Shown in pieces: positions 1 through 15,000 of a stretch of DNA of 64,000 bases. The DNA comes from Octopus sinensis (taxonomy: Eukaryota): positions 39,891 to 103,890 of the forward strand of contig NW_021832610.1 of the NCBI RefSeq assembly GCF_006345805.1, read 5' to 3'. Below the pieces are notes generated by a model. It made no database searches and was not told the origin of the DNA. It saw only the letters and a list, made by a program, of their open reading frames with translations. A program made the position numbers and the translations under genes. Positions within the stretch are counted from its first letter, which is position 1. Every line of letters begins with the position of its first letter.

Positions 1-3000
1 GTTTATTTGTTCTATTTTTAGTTGCTGTTCTATTTTTAGTTGCTGTTCTTTTTTTAGTTTATTTGTCATATTTTTAGTTGCTGTTCTATTTTTAGTTGCT
101 GTTCTATTTTTAGTTTATTTGTTCTACTTTTAGTCGCTGTTCTATTTTTAGTTTATTTGTCCAATTTTTAGTTTTTTGTCCTATTTTTAGTTGCTGTTCT
201 CTTTTTAGTTTTTATTTGTCCTATTTTTATTGCTGTTATATTTTTAGTTGCTGTTCTATTTTTAGTTTATTGTTCTATTTTTAGTTGCTGTTCTATTTTT
301 AGTTGCTGTTCTTTTTTTAGTTTATTTGTCATATTTTTAGTTGCTGTTCTATTTTTAGTTGCTGTTCTATTTTTAGTTTATTTGTTCTACTTTTAGTCGC
401 TGTTCTATTTTTAGTTTATTTGTCCAATTTTTAGTTTATTGTCCTATTTTGAGTTTATTTGTCCTATTTTTAGTTTATTTGTCCTATTTTTAATTTATTT
501 GTTCTATTTTTAGTTTATTTGTTCTATTTTTAGTTGCTGTTCTATTTTTAGTTTATTTGTTCTATTTTTAGTTGCTGTTCTATTTTTAATTGCTGTTCTA
601 TTTTTAGTTGCTGTCTATTTTTACTTGCTGTTCTATTTTTAGTTGCTGTTCTATTTTTAGTTTATTTGTTCTATTTTTAGTTTATTTGTCCTATTTTTAG
701 TTGCTGTTCTATTTTTAGGTTATTTGTCCTATTTTTAGTTGCTGTTATATTTTTAGTTGCTGTTCTATTTTTAGTCTATTTGTTCTATTTTTATGTGCTG
801 TTCTATTTTTAGTTGCTGTTCTATCTTTAGTTTATTTGTTGTATTTTTAGTTGCTGTTCTATTTTTAGTTTATTTGTCCTATTTTTAGTTGCTGCTCTAT
901 TTTTAGTTGCTGTTCTATTTTTAGTTATTTGTTCTATTTTTAGTCGCTGTTCTATTTTTAGTTAATTGTGCCAATTTTTAGTTTATTTGTACTATTTTGA
1001 GTTTATTTGTCCTATTTTTCGTTATTTGTCCCATTTTAAATTTATTTGTTCTATTTTTAGTTTATTGGTTCTATTTTTAGTTGCTGCTCTATTTTTAGTT
1101 GCTGTTCTATTTATAATTGCTGTTCTATTTTTAGTTGCTGTTCTTTTTACTTGCTGTACTATTTTTAGTTTATTTGTTCTATTTTTAGTTGCTGTTTTAT
1201 TTTAACTTGCTGTTCTATTTTTAGTTGCTGTTCTATTTTTAGTTTATTGGTTCTATTTTTAGTTTATTTGTCCTATTTTTAGTTGCTGTTCTCTTTTTAG
1301 TTTATTTGTCCTATTTTTAGTGCTGTTATATTTTTAGTTGCTGTTCTATTTTTAGTTTATTTGTTCTATTTTTAGTTGCTGTTGTTCTATTTTTAGTTTA
1401 TTGTCATATTTTTAGTTGCTGTTCTATTTTAGTTTATTTGTTCTACTTTTAGTCGCTGTCTATTTTTAGTTTATTTGTCCAATTTTTAGTTTATTTGTCC
1501 TATTTTGAGTTTATTTGTCCTATTTTTAGTTTTTTGTCCTATTTTTATTTTATTTGTTCTATTTTTAGTTTATTTGTTCTATTTTTAGTTGCTGTTCTAT
1601 TTTTAGTTTATTTGTTCTATTTTTAGTTGCTGTCCTATTTTTAATGCTGTTCTATTTTTAGTTGCTGTTCTATTTTTACTTGCTGTTCTATTTTAGTGCT
1701 GTTCTATTTTTAGTTTATTTGTTCTTTTTTAGTTTATTTGTCCTATTTTTAGTTGCTGTTCTTTTTTTATTTTATTTGTCCTATTTTTAGTTGCTGTTAT
1801 ATTTTTAGTTGCTGTTCTATTTTAGTTTATTTGTTCTATTTTTAGTTGCTGTTCTATTTTTAGTTGCTATTCTATTTTTAGTTTTTTGTCCTATTTTTAG
1901 TTGCTGTTTATTTTTAGTTTATTTGTTCCATTTTTAGTCGTTTGTTCTATTTTAGTTTATTTGTCCAATTTTTAGTTTATTGTTCTATTTTGAGTTTATT
2001 TGTCCTATTTTTAGTTTATTGTCCTATTTTAAATTTATTTGTTCTATTTTTAGTTTATTTGTTCTATTTTTAGTTGCTGTTCTATTTTTAGATTTATTTG
2101 CTCTATTTTTAGTTGCTGTTCTTATTTTTACTTGCTGTTCTATTTTTAGTTGCTGTTCTATTTTTACTTGCTGTTCTATTTTTAGTTGCTGTTCTATTTT
2201 TAGATTATTTGTTCTATTTTAGTTTATTTGTCCAATTTTTAGTTGCTGTTCTATTTTTAGTTTATTTGTCCTATTTTTAGTTGCTGTTATAATTTTAGTT
2301 GCTGTTCTATTTTTAGTTCATTTGTTCTATTTTTATTTGCTGTTCTATTTTAGTTGCGTTCTATCTTTAGTTTATTTGTTGTATTTTAGTTGCTGTCTAT
2401 ATTTTAGTTTATTTGTCCTATTTTTAGTTGCTGCTCTATTTTTAGTTGCTGTTCTATTTTAGTTTATTTGTTCTATTTTTAGTCGCTGTTCTATTTTTAG
2501 TTTATTTGTCCAATTTTTATTTTATTTGTACTATTTTGAGTTTATTTGTCGTTTTAGTATTTTTAGTTATTTGTCCCATTTTTAATTTATTTGTTCTATT
2601 TTTAGTTTTGGTTCTATTTTAGTGCTGTTCTATTTTTAGTTTATTTTCTATTTTTAGTGTTTGCTGTTCTATTTTTAGTTGCTGTCTATTTTTACTTGCT
2701 GTTCTATTTTTAGTTGCTGTTCTATTTTTAGTTTATTTGTTCTATTTTAGTTTATTTGTCCTATTTTTTGTTGTTGTGTTCTATTTTTAGTTTATTTGTC
2801 CTATTTTTAGTTGCTGTTATATTTTTAGTTGGCTGTTCTATTTTTAGTTGCTGTTCTATTTTCAGTTGCTGTTCTATTTTTAGTTTATTGTTCTATTTTT
2901 AGTTTATTTGTCCTATTTAGTTGCTGTCTATTTAGTTTATTTGTCTATTTTTAGTTGCTGTTATATTTTTAGTTGCTGTTCTATTTTTAGTTTATTTGTT

Positions 3001-6000
3001 CTAATTTTAGTTGCTGTTCTATTTTTAGTTGTGTGTTCTATTTTTAGTTTATTTGTCCTATTTCTAGTGCTGTTCTATTTTTAGTTTATTTGTCCAATTT
3101 TTAGATTTTTTTTGTCCTATTTTGAGTTTATTTGTCCTATTTTTAGTTTATTTGTCCTATTTTCAATTTATTTGTTCTATTTTTAGTTTATTTGTCCATT
3201 TTTAGTTTTTGTGTCCCATTTTGAGTTTATTTGTACTATTTTAGTATATTTTTTTCCTATTTTAAATTTATTTGTTCTATTTTCATTTTATTTGTTCTAT
3301 TTTTAGTTGCTCTTCTTTTTTTAGTTTATTGTTCTATTTTTAGTTGCTGTTCTATTTTTAATTGCTGTTCTATTTTTAGTTGCTGTTCTATTTTTACTTG
3401 CTGTTCTATTTTTAGTTGCTGTTCTATTTTTAGTTTATTTGTTCTATTTTTAGTTTATTTGTCCTATTTTTAGTTGCTGTTCTATTTTTAGTTTATTTGT
3501 CCTATTTTTAGTTGCTGTCCTATTTTTAGTTTATTTGTTCTAATTTTAGTTGCTGTTCTATTTTTAGTTTATTTGTCCAATTTTTGGTTTTTTTGGTCCT
3601 ATTTTGAGTTTATTTGTCCTATTTTTAGTTTATTTGTCCTATTTTAAATTTATTTTTTCTATTTTTTAGTGTATTTGTTCTATTTTTAGTTGCTGTTCTA
3701 ATTTTAGTTATTTGTTCTATATTTAGTTGCTGTTCTATTTTTACTTGCTGTTCTATTTTTAGTTGCTGTTCTATTTTTACTTGCTGTTCTATTTTTAGTT
3801 GCTGTTCTAATTTTAGGTTATATTGTTCTATTTTAGTTATTTGTCCTATTTTTAGTTGCTGTTCTATTTTTAGTTTATTTGTCCTATTTTTAGTTGCTGC
3901 TCTATTTTTAGTTGCTGTTCTATTTTAGTTATTTGTTCTATTTTTAGTCGCTGTTCTATTTTTAGTTTATTTGTCCAATTTTTAGTTTATTTGTACTATT
4001 TTGAGTTTATTTGTCCTATTTTTAGTTTATTGTCTATTTTTAATTTATTTGTTCTATTTTAGTTATTGGTTCTTATTTTTAGTTGCTGTTCTTTTTTAGT
4101 TTATTTGTTCTATTTTTAGTTGCTGTTCTATTTTAATTGCTGTTCTATGTTTAGTGCTGTTCTATTTTTACTTGCGTTCTATTTTAGGTGCTTCTATTTT
4201 TAGTTTATTTGTCTATTTTTAGTTTATTTGTCCTATTTTTTAGTTGCTGTTCTATTTTTAGTTTATTTGTCTATTTTTAGTTGCTGTTCTATTTTTTAGT
4301 TATTTGCCCAATTTTTAGATTTTTGTTCTATTTTGAGTTTATTTTGTCCTTTTTTTAGTTTATTTGTCCTATTTTCAATTTATTTGTTCTATTTTAAGTT
4401 TATTTGTCCATTTTTAGTTTTTTTGTCCCATTTTGAGTTTATTTGTACTATTTTTAGTATATTTGTCCTATTTTAAATTTATTTGTTCTATTTTCATTTT
4501 ATTTGTTCTATTTTTAGTTGCTCTTCTATTTTAGTTATTTGTTCTATTTTTAGTTGCTGTTCTATTTTTAATTGCTGTTCTATTTTTAGTTGCTGTTCTA
4601 TTTTTACTTGCTGTTCTATTTTTAGTTGCTTTCTATTTTTAGTTTATTTGTTCTATTTTTAGTTTATTGTCCTATTTTTAGTTGCTGTTCTATTTTTAGT
4701 TGTATTTGTCCTATTTTTAGTTGTGTAGATTTTAGTTATTTGTTCTAATTTTAGTCGCTGTTCTATTTTTAGTTTATTTGTCCAATTTTTAGTTTATTTG
4801 TCCTATTTTGAGTTTATTTGTCATTTTTTGTTTATTGTCCTATTTTAAATTTATTTGTTCTATTTTTAGTTTTTTTTTTTTATATTTTGTCTAGTTTTCT
4901 GTGTTTTAAGTTAGTTTATTTGTTCTATATTTGTTGCTGTTCTATTTTTACTTGCTGTTCTATTTTTAGTTGCTGTTCTATTTTTACTTGAGTTCTATTT
5001 TTAGTTGCTGTTCTATTTTTAGTTTATATGTTCTATTTTAGTTATTTGTCCTTTTTTAGTTGCTGTTCTATTTTTAGTTTATTTGTCCTATTTTAGTCTG
5101 CTGCTCTATTTTTAGTTGCGTTCTATTTTTAGTTTATTGTTCTATTTTTAAGTCGCTGTTCTATTTTAGTTTATTTGTCCAATTTTTAGTTTATTTGTAC
5201 TATTTTGAGTTATTTGTCCTATTTTTAGTTTATTGTCCTTTTTTAATTTATTTGTTTATTAGTTTATTGGTTCTATTTTTAGTTGCTGTTCTATTTTTAG
5301 TTTATTTGTTCTATTTTTAGTTGCTGTTCTATTTTTAATTGCTGTTCTATTTTTAGTTTGCTGTTCTATTTTTACTTGCTGTTTCTATTTTTAGTTGCTG
5401 TTCTATTTTTGTTTATTTGTCCTATTTTTAGTTGCTGTTCTATTTTTTTGTTATTTGTCCTATTTGGTTGCTGTTCTATTTTTAGTTTATTTGCCCAATT
5501 TTTAGTTTTTTGTCTATTTTGAGTTTTTTGTCCTATTTTTAGTTTATTTGTCCTATTTTCATTTATTTGTTCTATTTTTAGTTTATTTGTCCATTTTTAG
5601 TTTTTTTGTCCTATTTTGAGTTTTTTGTACTATTTTTAGTTTATTTGTCCTATTTTAAATTTATTTGTTCTATTTTTATTTTATATGTTCTATTTTTAGT
5701 TGCTGTTCTATTTATTTTATTTGTTCTATTTTTAGTTGCTGTTCTATTTTTAATTGCCGTTCTATTTTTAGTTGCTTTGCTATTTTTACTTGCTGTTCTA
5801 TTTTTAGTTGCTTTTCTATTTTTAGTTTATTTGTTCTATTTTTAGTTTATTTGTCCTATTTTTAGTGTTGTTTCTTTTTTTAGTTTATTTTGTCCTATTT
5901 TTAGTTGCTGTTATTTTTTAGTTGCTGTTCTAATTTTAGTTTATTTGTTCTATTTTTAGTGCTGTTCTATTTTTAGTTGCTATTCTATTTTTAGTTTTTT

Positions 6001-9000
6001 TGTCCTATTTTTAGTTGCTGTTCTATTTTTAGTTTATTTGTTCCATTTTTAGTGGCTGTTCTATTTTTAGTTTATTTGTCCAATTTTTATTATTTGTCCT
6101 ATTTTGAGTTTATTTGTCCTATTTTTAGTTTATTTGTCCTATTTTAAATTTTATTTTTCTATTTTTAGTTTATTTGTTCTATTTTTAGTTGCTGTTCTAT
6201 TTTTAGTTTATTTGTTCTATTTTTAGTTGCTGTTCTATTTTTACTTGCTGTTCTATTTTTATTTGCTGTTCTATTTTTACTTGCTGTTCTATTTTTAGTT
6301 GCTGTTCTATTTTCAGATTATTTGTTCTATTTTTAGTTTATTTGTCCTATTTTTAGTTGCTGTTCTATTTTTAGTTTATTTGTCCTATTTTTAGTTGCTG
6401 TTATATTTTTAGTTGCTGTTCTATTTTTAGTTTATTTGTTCTATTTTTAGTTGCTGTTCTATTTTTAGTTGCTGTTCTATCTTTAGTTTATTTGTTGTAT
6501 TTTTAGTTGCTGTTCTATTCTTAGTTTATTTGTCCTATTTTTAGCTGCTGCTCTATTTTTAGTTGCTGTTCTATTTTTAGTTTATTTGTTCTATTTTTAG
6601 TCGCTGTTCTATTTTTAGTTTATTTGTCCAATTTTTAGTTTATTGGTACTATTTTGAGTTTATTTGTCCTATTTTTAGTTTATTTGTCCCATTTTTAATT
6701 TATTTGTTCTATTTTTAGTTTATTGGTTCTATTTTTAGTTGCTGTTCTATTTTTAGTTTATTTGTTCTATTTTTAGTTGCTGTTCTATTTTTAATTGCTG
6801 TTCTATTTTTAGTTGCTGTTCTATTTTTAGTTGCTGTTATATTTTTAGTTGCTGTTCTATTTTTAGTTTATTTGTTCTATTTTTAGTTGCTGTTCTATTT
6901 TTAGTTGCTGTTCTATCTTTAGTTTATTTGTTGTATTTTTAGTTGCTGTTCTATTCTTAGTTTATTTGTCCTATTTTTAGCTGCTGCTCTATTTTTAGTT
7001 GCTGTACTATTTTTAGTTTATTTGTTCTCTTTTTAGTCGCTGTTCTATTTTTAGTTTATTTGTCCAATTTTTAGTTTATTGGTACTATTTTGAGTTTATT
7101 TGTCCTATTTTTAGTTTATTTGTCCCATTTTAAATTTATTTGTTCTATTTTTAGTTTATTGGTTCTATTTTTAGTTGCTGTTCTATTTTTAGTTTATTTG
7201 TTCAATTTTTAGTTGCTGTTCTATTTTTAATTGCTGTTCTATTTTTGTTGCTGTTCTATTTTTACTTGCTGTTCTATTTTTAGTTGCTGTTCTATTTTTA
7301 GTTTATTTTGTTCTATTTTTAGTTTATTTGTCCTATTTTTAGTTGCTGTTCTATTTTTAGTTTATTTGTCCTATTTTTAGTTGCTGTTATATTTTTAGTT
7401 GCTGTTCAATTTTTAGTTGCTGTTCTATTTTCAGTTGCTGTTCTATTTTTAGTTGCTGTTCTATTTTTAGTTTTATTTGTTCTATTTTTAGTTTATTTGT
7501 CCTATTTTTAGTTGCTGTTATATTTTTAGTTGCTGTTCTATTTTTAGTTTATTTGTTCTATTTTTAGTTTATTTGTCCTATTTTTAGTTGCTGTTCTTTT
7601 TTTAGTTTATTTGTCCTATTTTTAGTTGCTGTTATATTTTTAGTTGCTGTTCTATTTTTAGTTTATTTGTTCTATTTTTAGTTGCTGTTCTATTTTTAGT
7701 TGCTATTCTATTTTTAGTTTTTTGTCCTATTTTTAGTTGCTGTTCTATTTTTAGTTTATTTGTTCCATTTTTAGTCGCTGTTCTATTTTTAGTTTATTTG
7801 TCCAATTTTTAGTTTATTTGTTCTATTTTGAGTTTATTTGTCCTATTTTTAGTTTATTTGTCCTATTTTAAATTTATTTGTTCTATTTTTAGTTTATTTG
7901 TTCTATTTTTAGTTGCTGTTCTATTTTTAGTTTATTTGCTCTATTTTTAGTTGCTGTTCTATTTTTACTTGCTGTTCTATTTTTAGTTGCTGTTCTATTT
8001 TTACTTGCTGTTCTATTTTTAGTTGCTGTTCTATTTTTAGTTTATTTGTTCTATTTTTAGTTTATTTGTCCTATTTTTAGTTGCTGTTCTATTTTTAGTT
8101 TATTTGTCCTATTTTTAGTTGCTGTTATATTTTTAGTTGCTGTTCTATTTTTAGTTTATTTGTTCTATTTTTAGTTGCTGTTCTATTTTTAGTTGCTGTT
8201 CTATCTTTAGTTTATTTGTTGTATTTTTAGTTGCTGTTCTATTTTTAGTTTATTTGTCCTATTTTTAGTTGCTGCTGCTCTATTTTTATTGCTGTTCTAT
8301 TTTTAGTTTATTTGTTCTATTTTTAGTCGCTGTTCTATTTTTAGTTTATTTGTCCAATTTTTAGTTTATTTGTACTATTTTGAGTTTATTTGTCCTATTT
8401 TTAGTTTATTTGTCCTATTTTTAATTTATTTGTTCTATTTTTAGTTTATTGGTTCTATTTTTAGTTGCTGTTCTATTTTTAGTTTATTTGTTCTATTTTT
8501 AGTTGCTGTTCTATTTTTAATTGCTGTTCTATTTTTAGTTGCTGTTCTATTTTTACTTGCTGTTCTATTTTTAGTTGCTGTTCTATTTTTAGTTTATTTG
8601 TTCTATTTTTAGTTTTTTTGTTGTCCTATTTTTAGTTGCTGTTCTATTTTTAGTTTATTTGTCCTATTTTTAGTTGCTGTTATATTTTTAGTTGCTGTTC
8701 TATTTTTAGTTGCTGTTCTATTTTCAGTTGCTGTTCTATTTTTAGTTGCTGTTCTATTTTTAGTTTATTTGTTCTATTTTTAGTTTATTTGTCCTATTTT
8801 TAGTTGCTGTTCTATTTTTAGTTTATTTGTCCTATTTTTAGTTGCTGTTATATTTTTAGTTGCTGTTCTATTTTTAGTTTATTTGTTCTAATTTTAGTTG
8901 CTGTTCTATTTTTAGTTGCTGTTCTATTTTTAGTTTATTTGTCCTATTTTTAGTTGCTGTTCTATTTTTAGTTTATTTGTCCAATTTTTAGTTTTTTTGT

Positions 9001-12000
9001 CCTATTTTGAGTTTATTTGTCCTATTTTTAGTTTATTTGTCCTATTTTCAATTTATTTGTTCTATTTTTAGTTTATTTGTCCAATTTTTAGTTTTTTTGT
9101 CCTATTTTGAGTTTATTTGTACTATTTTTAGTATATTTGTCCTATTTTAAATTTATTTGTTCTATTTTCATTTTATTTGTTCTATTTTTAGTTGCTCTTC
9201 TATTTTTAGTTTATTTGTTCTATTTTTAGTTGCTGTTCTATTTTTAATTGCTGTTCTATTTTTAGTTGCTGTTCTATTTTTACTTGCTGTTCTATTTTTA
9301 GTTGCTGTTCTATTTTTAGTTTATTTGTTCTATTTTTAGTTTATTTGTCCTATTTTTAGTTGCTGTTCTATTTTTAGTTTATTTGTCCTATTTTTAGTTG
9401 CTGTTCTATTTTTAGTTTATTTGTTCTAATTTTAGTCGCTGTTCTATTTTTAGTTTATTTGTCCAATTTTTAGTTTATTTGTCCTATTTTGAGTTTATTT
9501 GTCCTATTTTTAGTTTATTTGTCCTATTTTAAATTTATTTGTTCTATTTTTAGTTTATTTGTTCTATTTTTAGTTGCTGTTCTATTTTTAGTTTATTTGT
9601 TCTATTTTTAGTTGCTGTTCTATTTTTACTTGCTGTTCTATTTTTAGTTGCTGTTCTATTTTTACTTGCTGTTCTATTTTTAGTTGCTGTTCTAATTTTA
9701 GTTTATTTGTTCTATTTTTAGTTTATTTGTCCTATTTTTAGTTGCTGTTCTATTTTTAGTTTATTTGTCCTATTTTTAGTTGTTGTTCTATTTTTAGTTG
9801 CTGTTCTATTTTTAGTTTATTTGTTCTATTTTTAGTCGCTGTTCTATTTTTAGTTTATTTGTCCAATTTTTAGTTTATTTGTACTATTTTGAGTTTATTT
9901 GTCCTATTTTTAGTTTATTTGTCCTATTTTTAATTTATTTGTTCTATTTTTAGTTTATTGGTTCTATTTTTAGTTGCTGTTCTATTTTTAGTTTATTTGT
10001 TCTAATTTTAGTTGCTGTTCTATTTTTAATTGCTGTTCTATTTTTAGTTGCTGTTCTATTTTTACTTGCTGTTCTATTTGTAGTTGCTGTTCTATTTTTA
10101 GTTTATTTGTTCTATTTTTAGTTTATTTGTCCTATTTTTAGTTGCTGTTCTATTTTTAGTTTATTTGTCCTATTTTTAGTTGCTGTTCTATTTTTAGTTT
10201 ATTTGCCCAATTTTTAGTATTTTGTCCTATTTTGAGTTTATTTGTCCTATTTTTAGTTTATTTGTCCTATTTTCAATTTATTTGTTCTATTTTTAGTTTA
10301 TTTGTTCCATTTTTAGTGGCTGTTCTATTTTTAGTTTATTTGTCCAATTTTTAGTTTATTTGTCCTATTTTGAGTTTATTTGTCCTATTTTTTAGTTTAT
10401 TTGTCCTATTTTAAATTTATTTGTTCTATTTTTAGTTTATTTGTTCTATTTTTAGTTGCTGTTCTATTTTTAGTTTATTTCTATTTTTAGTTGCTGTTCT
10501 ATTTTTACTTGCTGTTCTATTTTTATTTGCTGTTCTATTTTTACTTGCTGTTCTATTTTTAGTTGCTGTTCTATTTTCAGATTATTTGTTCTATTTTTAG
10601 TTTATTTGTCCTATTTTTAGTTGCTGTTCTATTTTTAGTTTATTTGTCCTATTTTTAGTTGCTGTTACATTTTTAGTTGCTGTTCTATTTTTAGTTTATT
10701 TGTTCTATTTTTAGTTGCTGTTCTATTTTTAGTTGCTGTTCTATCTTTAGTTTATTTGTTGTATTTTTAGTTGCTGTTCTATTCTTAGTTTATTTGTCCT
10801 ATTTTTAGCTGCTGCTCTATTTTTAGTTGCTGTTCTATTTTTAGTTTATTTGTTCTATTTTTAGTCGCTGTTCTATTTTTAGTTTATTTGTCCAATTTTT
10901 AGTTTATTGGTACTATTTTGAGTTTATTTGTCCTATTTTTAGTTTATTTGTCCTATTTAATTTATTTGTTCTATTTTAGTTTATTGGTTCTATTTTTTAG
11001 TTCTGTTCTATTTTTAGTTTATTTGTTCTATTTTTAGTTGCTGTTCTATTTTAATTGCTGTTCTATTTTTAGTTGCTGTTCTATTTTTAGTTGCTGTTTA
11101 TATTTTTAGTTGCTGTTCTATTTTTAGTTTATTTGTTCTATTTTAGTTGCTGTTCTATTTTTAGTTGCTGTTCTATCTTTAGTTTATTTGTTTATTTTAG
11201 TTGCTGTTCTATTCTTAGTTTATTTGTCCTATTTTTAGCTGCTGCTCTATTTTTAGTTGCTGTTCTATTTTTAGTTTATTTGTTCTACTTTTAGTCGCTG
11301 TTCTATTTTTAGTTTATTTGTCCATTTTTAGTTTTATTTGTACTATTTTGAGTTTATTTGTCCTATTTTTAGTTTATTTGTCCATTTAAATTTATTTGTT
11401 CTATTTTTAGTTTATTGGTTCTATTTTTAGTTGCTGTTCTATTTTTAGTTTATTTGTTCTATTTTTAGTTGCTGTTCTATTTTTAATTGCTGTTCTATTT
11501 TTAGTTGCTGTTCTATTTTTACTTGCTGTTCTATTTTTAGTTGCTGTTCTATTTTTAGTTTATTTGTTCTATTTTTAGTTTATTTGTCCTATTTTTAGTT
11601 GCTGTTCTATTTTTAGTTTATTTGTCCTATTTTTAGTTGCTGTTATATTTTTAGTTGCTGTTCTATTTTTAGTTGCTGTTCTATTTTCAGTTGCTGTTCT
11701 ATATTTAGTTGCTGTTCTATTTTTAGTTTTATTTGTTCTATTTTTAGTTTATTTGTCCTATTTTTAGTTGCTGTTCTATTTTTAGTTTATTTGTCCTATT
11801 TTTAGTTGCTGTTATATTTTTAGTTGCTGTTCTATTTTTAGTTTATTTGTTCTAATTTTAGTTGCTGTTCTATTTTTAGTTGCTGTTCTATTTTTAGTTT
11901 ATTTGTCCTATTTTTAGTTGCTGTTCTATTTTTAGTTTATTTGTCCAATTTTTGGTTTTTTTGTCCTATTTTGAGTTTATTTGTCCTATTTTTAGTTTAT

Positions 12001-15000
12001 TTGTCCTATTTTCAATTTATTTGTTCTATTTTTAGTTTATTTGTCCAATTTTTAGTTTTTTGTCCTATTTTGAGTTTATTTGTACTATTTTTAGTTTATT
12101 TGTCCTATTTTAAATTTATTTGTTCTATTTTTAGTTTATTTGTTCTATTTTTAGTTGCTGTTCTATTTTTAGTTTATTTGTTCTATTTTTAGTTGCTGTT
12201 CTATTTTTATTGCTGTTCTATTTTTAGTTGCTGTTCTATTTTTACTTGCTGTTCTATTTTTAGTTGCTGTTCTATTTTTAGTTTATTTGTTCTATTTTTA
12301 GTTTATTTGTCCTATTTTTAGTTGCTGTTCTATTTTTAGTTTATTTGTTCTATTTTTAGTTGCTGTTCTATTTTTAGTTTTTTTTGTCCTATTTTTAGTT
12401 GCTGTTCTATTTTTAGTTTATTTGTTCTATTTTTAGTCGCTGTTCTATTTTTAGTTTATTTGTCCAATTTTTAGTTTATTTGTCCTATTTTGAGTTTATT
12501 TGTCCTATTTTTAGTTTATTTGTCCTATTTTAAATTTATTTGTTCTATTTTTAGTTTATTTGTTCTATTTTTAGTTGCTGTTCTATTTTTAGTTTATTTG
12601 TTCTATTTTTAGTTGCTGTTCTATTTTTACTTGCTGTTCTATTTTTAGTTGCTGTTCTATTTTTACTTGCTGTTCTATTTTTAGTTGCTGTTCTAATTTT
12701 AGTTTATTTGTTCTATTTTTAGTTTATTTGTCCTATTTTTAGTTGCTGTTCTATTTTTAGTTGCTGCTCTATTTTTAGTTGCTGTTCTATTTTTAGTTTA
12801 TTTGTTCTATTTTTAGTCGCTGTTCTATTTTTAGTTTATTTGTCCAATTTTTAGTTTATTTGTACGATTTTGAGTTTATTTGTCCTATTTTTAGTTTATT
12901 TGTCCTATTTTTAATTTATTTGTTCTATTTTTAGTTTATTTGTTCTATTTTTAGTTAATTTGTCCTATTTTTAGTTGCTGTTCTATTTTTAGTTTATTTG
13001 TCCTATTTTTAGTTGCTGTTCTATTTTTAGTTTATTTGTCCAATTTTTAGTTTTTTGTCCTATTTTGAGTTTATTTATCCTATTGTTAGTTTATTTGTCC
13101 TATTTTCAATTTATTTGTTCTATTTTTAGTTTATTTGTCCAATTTTTAGTTTTTTGTCCTATTTTGAGTTTATTTGTACTATTTTTAGTTTATTTGTCCT
13201 ATTTTAAATTTATTTGTTCTATTTTTAGTTTATTTGTTCTATTTTTAGTTGCTGTTCTATTTTTAGTTTATTTGTTCTATTTTTAGTTGCTGTTCTATTT
13301 TTAATTGCTGTTCTATTTTTAGTTGCTGTTCTATTTTTACTTGCTGTTCTATTTTTAGTTGCTGTTCTATTTTTAGTTTATTTGTTCTATTTTTAGTTTA
13401 TTTGTCCTATTTTTAGTTGCTGTTCTATTTTTAGTTTATTTGTCCTATTTTTAGTTGCTGTTATATTTTTAGTTGCTGTTATATTTTTAGTTGCTGTTCT
13501 ATTTTTAGTTTATTTGTTCTATTTTTAGTTGCTGTTCTATTTTTAGTTGCTGTTCTATTTTTAGTTTTTTTGTCCTATTTTTATTTGCTGTTCTATTTTT
13601 AGTTTATTTGTTCTATTTTTAGTCGCTGTTCTATTTTTAGTTTATTTGTCCAATTTTTAGTTTATTTGTCCTATTTTGAGTTTATTTGTCCTATTTTTAG
13701 TTTATTTGTCCTATTTTAAATTTATTTGTTCTATTTTTAGTTTATTTGTTCTATTTTTAGTTGCTGTTCTATTTTTAGTTTATTTGTTCTATTTTTAGTT
13801 GCTGTTCTATTTTTACTTGCTGTTCTATTTTTAGTTGCTGTTCTATTTTTACTTGCTGTTCTATTTTTAGTTGCTGTTCTAATTTTAGTTTATTTGTTCT
13901 ATTTTTAGTTTATTTGTCCTATTTTTAGTTGCTGTTCTATTTTTAGTTTATTTGTCCTATTTTTAGTTGTTGTTATATTTTTAGTTGCTGTTCTATTTTT
14001 AGTTTATTTGTTCTATTTTTAGTTGCTGTTCTATTTTTAGTTGCTGTTCTATCTTTAGTTTATTTGTTGTATTTTTAGTTGCTGTTCTATTTTTAGTTTA
14101 TTTGTCCTATTTTTAGTTGCTGTTCTATTTTTAGTTTATTTGTTCTATTTTTAGTCGCTGTTCTATTTTTAGTTTATTTGTCCAATTTTTAGTTTATTTG
14201 TACTATTTTGAGTTTATTTGTCCTATTTTTAGTTTATTTGTCCTATTTTTAGTTTATTTGTCCTATTTTTAGTTGCTGTTCTATTTTTAGTTTATTTGTC
14301 CTATTTTCAGTTGCTGTTATATTTTTAGTTGCTGTTCTATTTTTAGTTGCTGTTCTAATTTTAGTTGCTGTTCTATTTTCAGTTGCTGTTCTATTTTTGT
14401 TGCTGTTCTATTTTTAGTTTATTTTGTTCTTTTTTAGTTGCTGTTCTATTTTTAGTTTATTTGTTCTATTTTTAGTTGCTGTTCTATTTTTACTTGCTGT
14501 TCTATTTTTAGTTGCTGTTCTATTTTTACTTGCTGTTCTATTTTTAGTTGCTGTTCTAATTTTAGTTTATTTGTTCTATTTTTAGTTTATTTGTCCTATT
14601 TTTAGTTGCTGTTCTATTTTTAGTTGCTGCTCTATTTTTAGTTGCTGTTCTATTTTTAGTTTATTTGTTCTATTTTTGTTGCTGTTCTATTTTTAGTTTA
14701 TTTGTCCAATTTTTAGTTTATTTGTACGATTTTGAGTTTATTTGTCCTATTTTTAGTTTATTTGTCCTATTTTTAATTTATTTGTTCTATTTTTAGTTTA
14801 TGTGTTCTATTTTTAGTTTATTTGTCCTATTTTTAGTTGCTGTTCTATTTTTAGTTTATTTGTCCTATTTTTAGTTGCTGTTCTATTTTTAGTTTATTTG
14901 TCCAATTTTTAGTTTTTTTGTCCTATTTTGAGTTTATTTGTCCTATTTTTAGTTTATTTGTCCTATTTTCAATTTATTTGTTCTATTTTTAGTTTATTTG

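Noticed and set aside
966-13286. ORF-track entries in the satellite (FLVAVLF/CCSIFS repeats that look like membrane proteins)
   Set aside because: These are translations of stop-poor monomers starting at TTG, with no coding signature.
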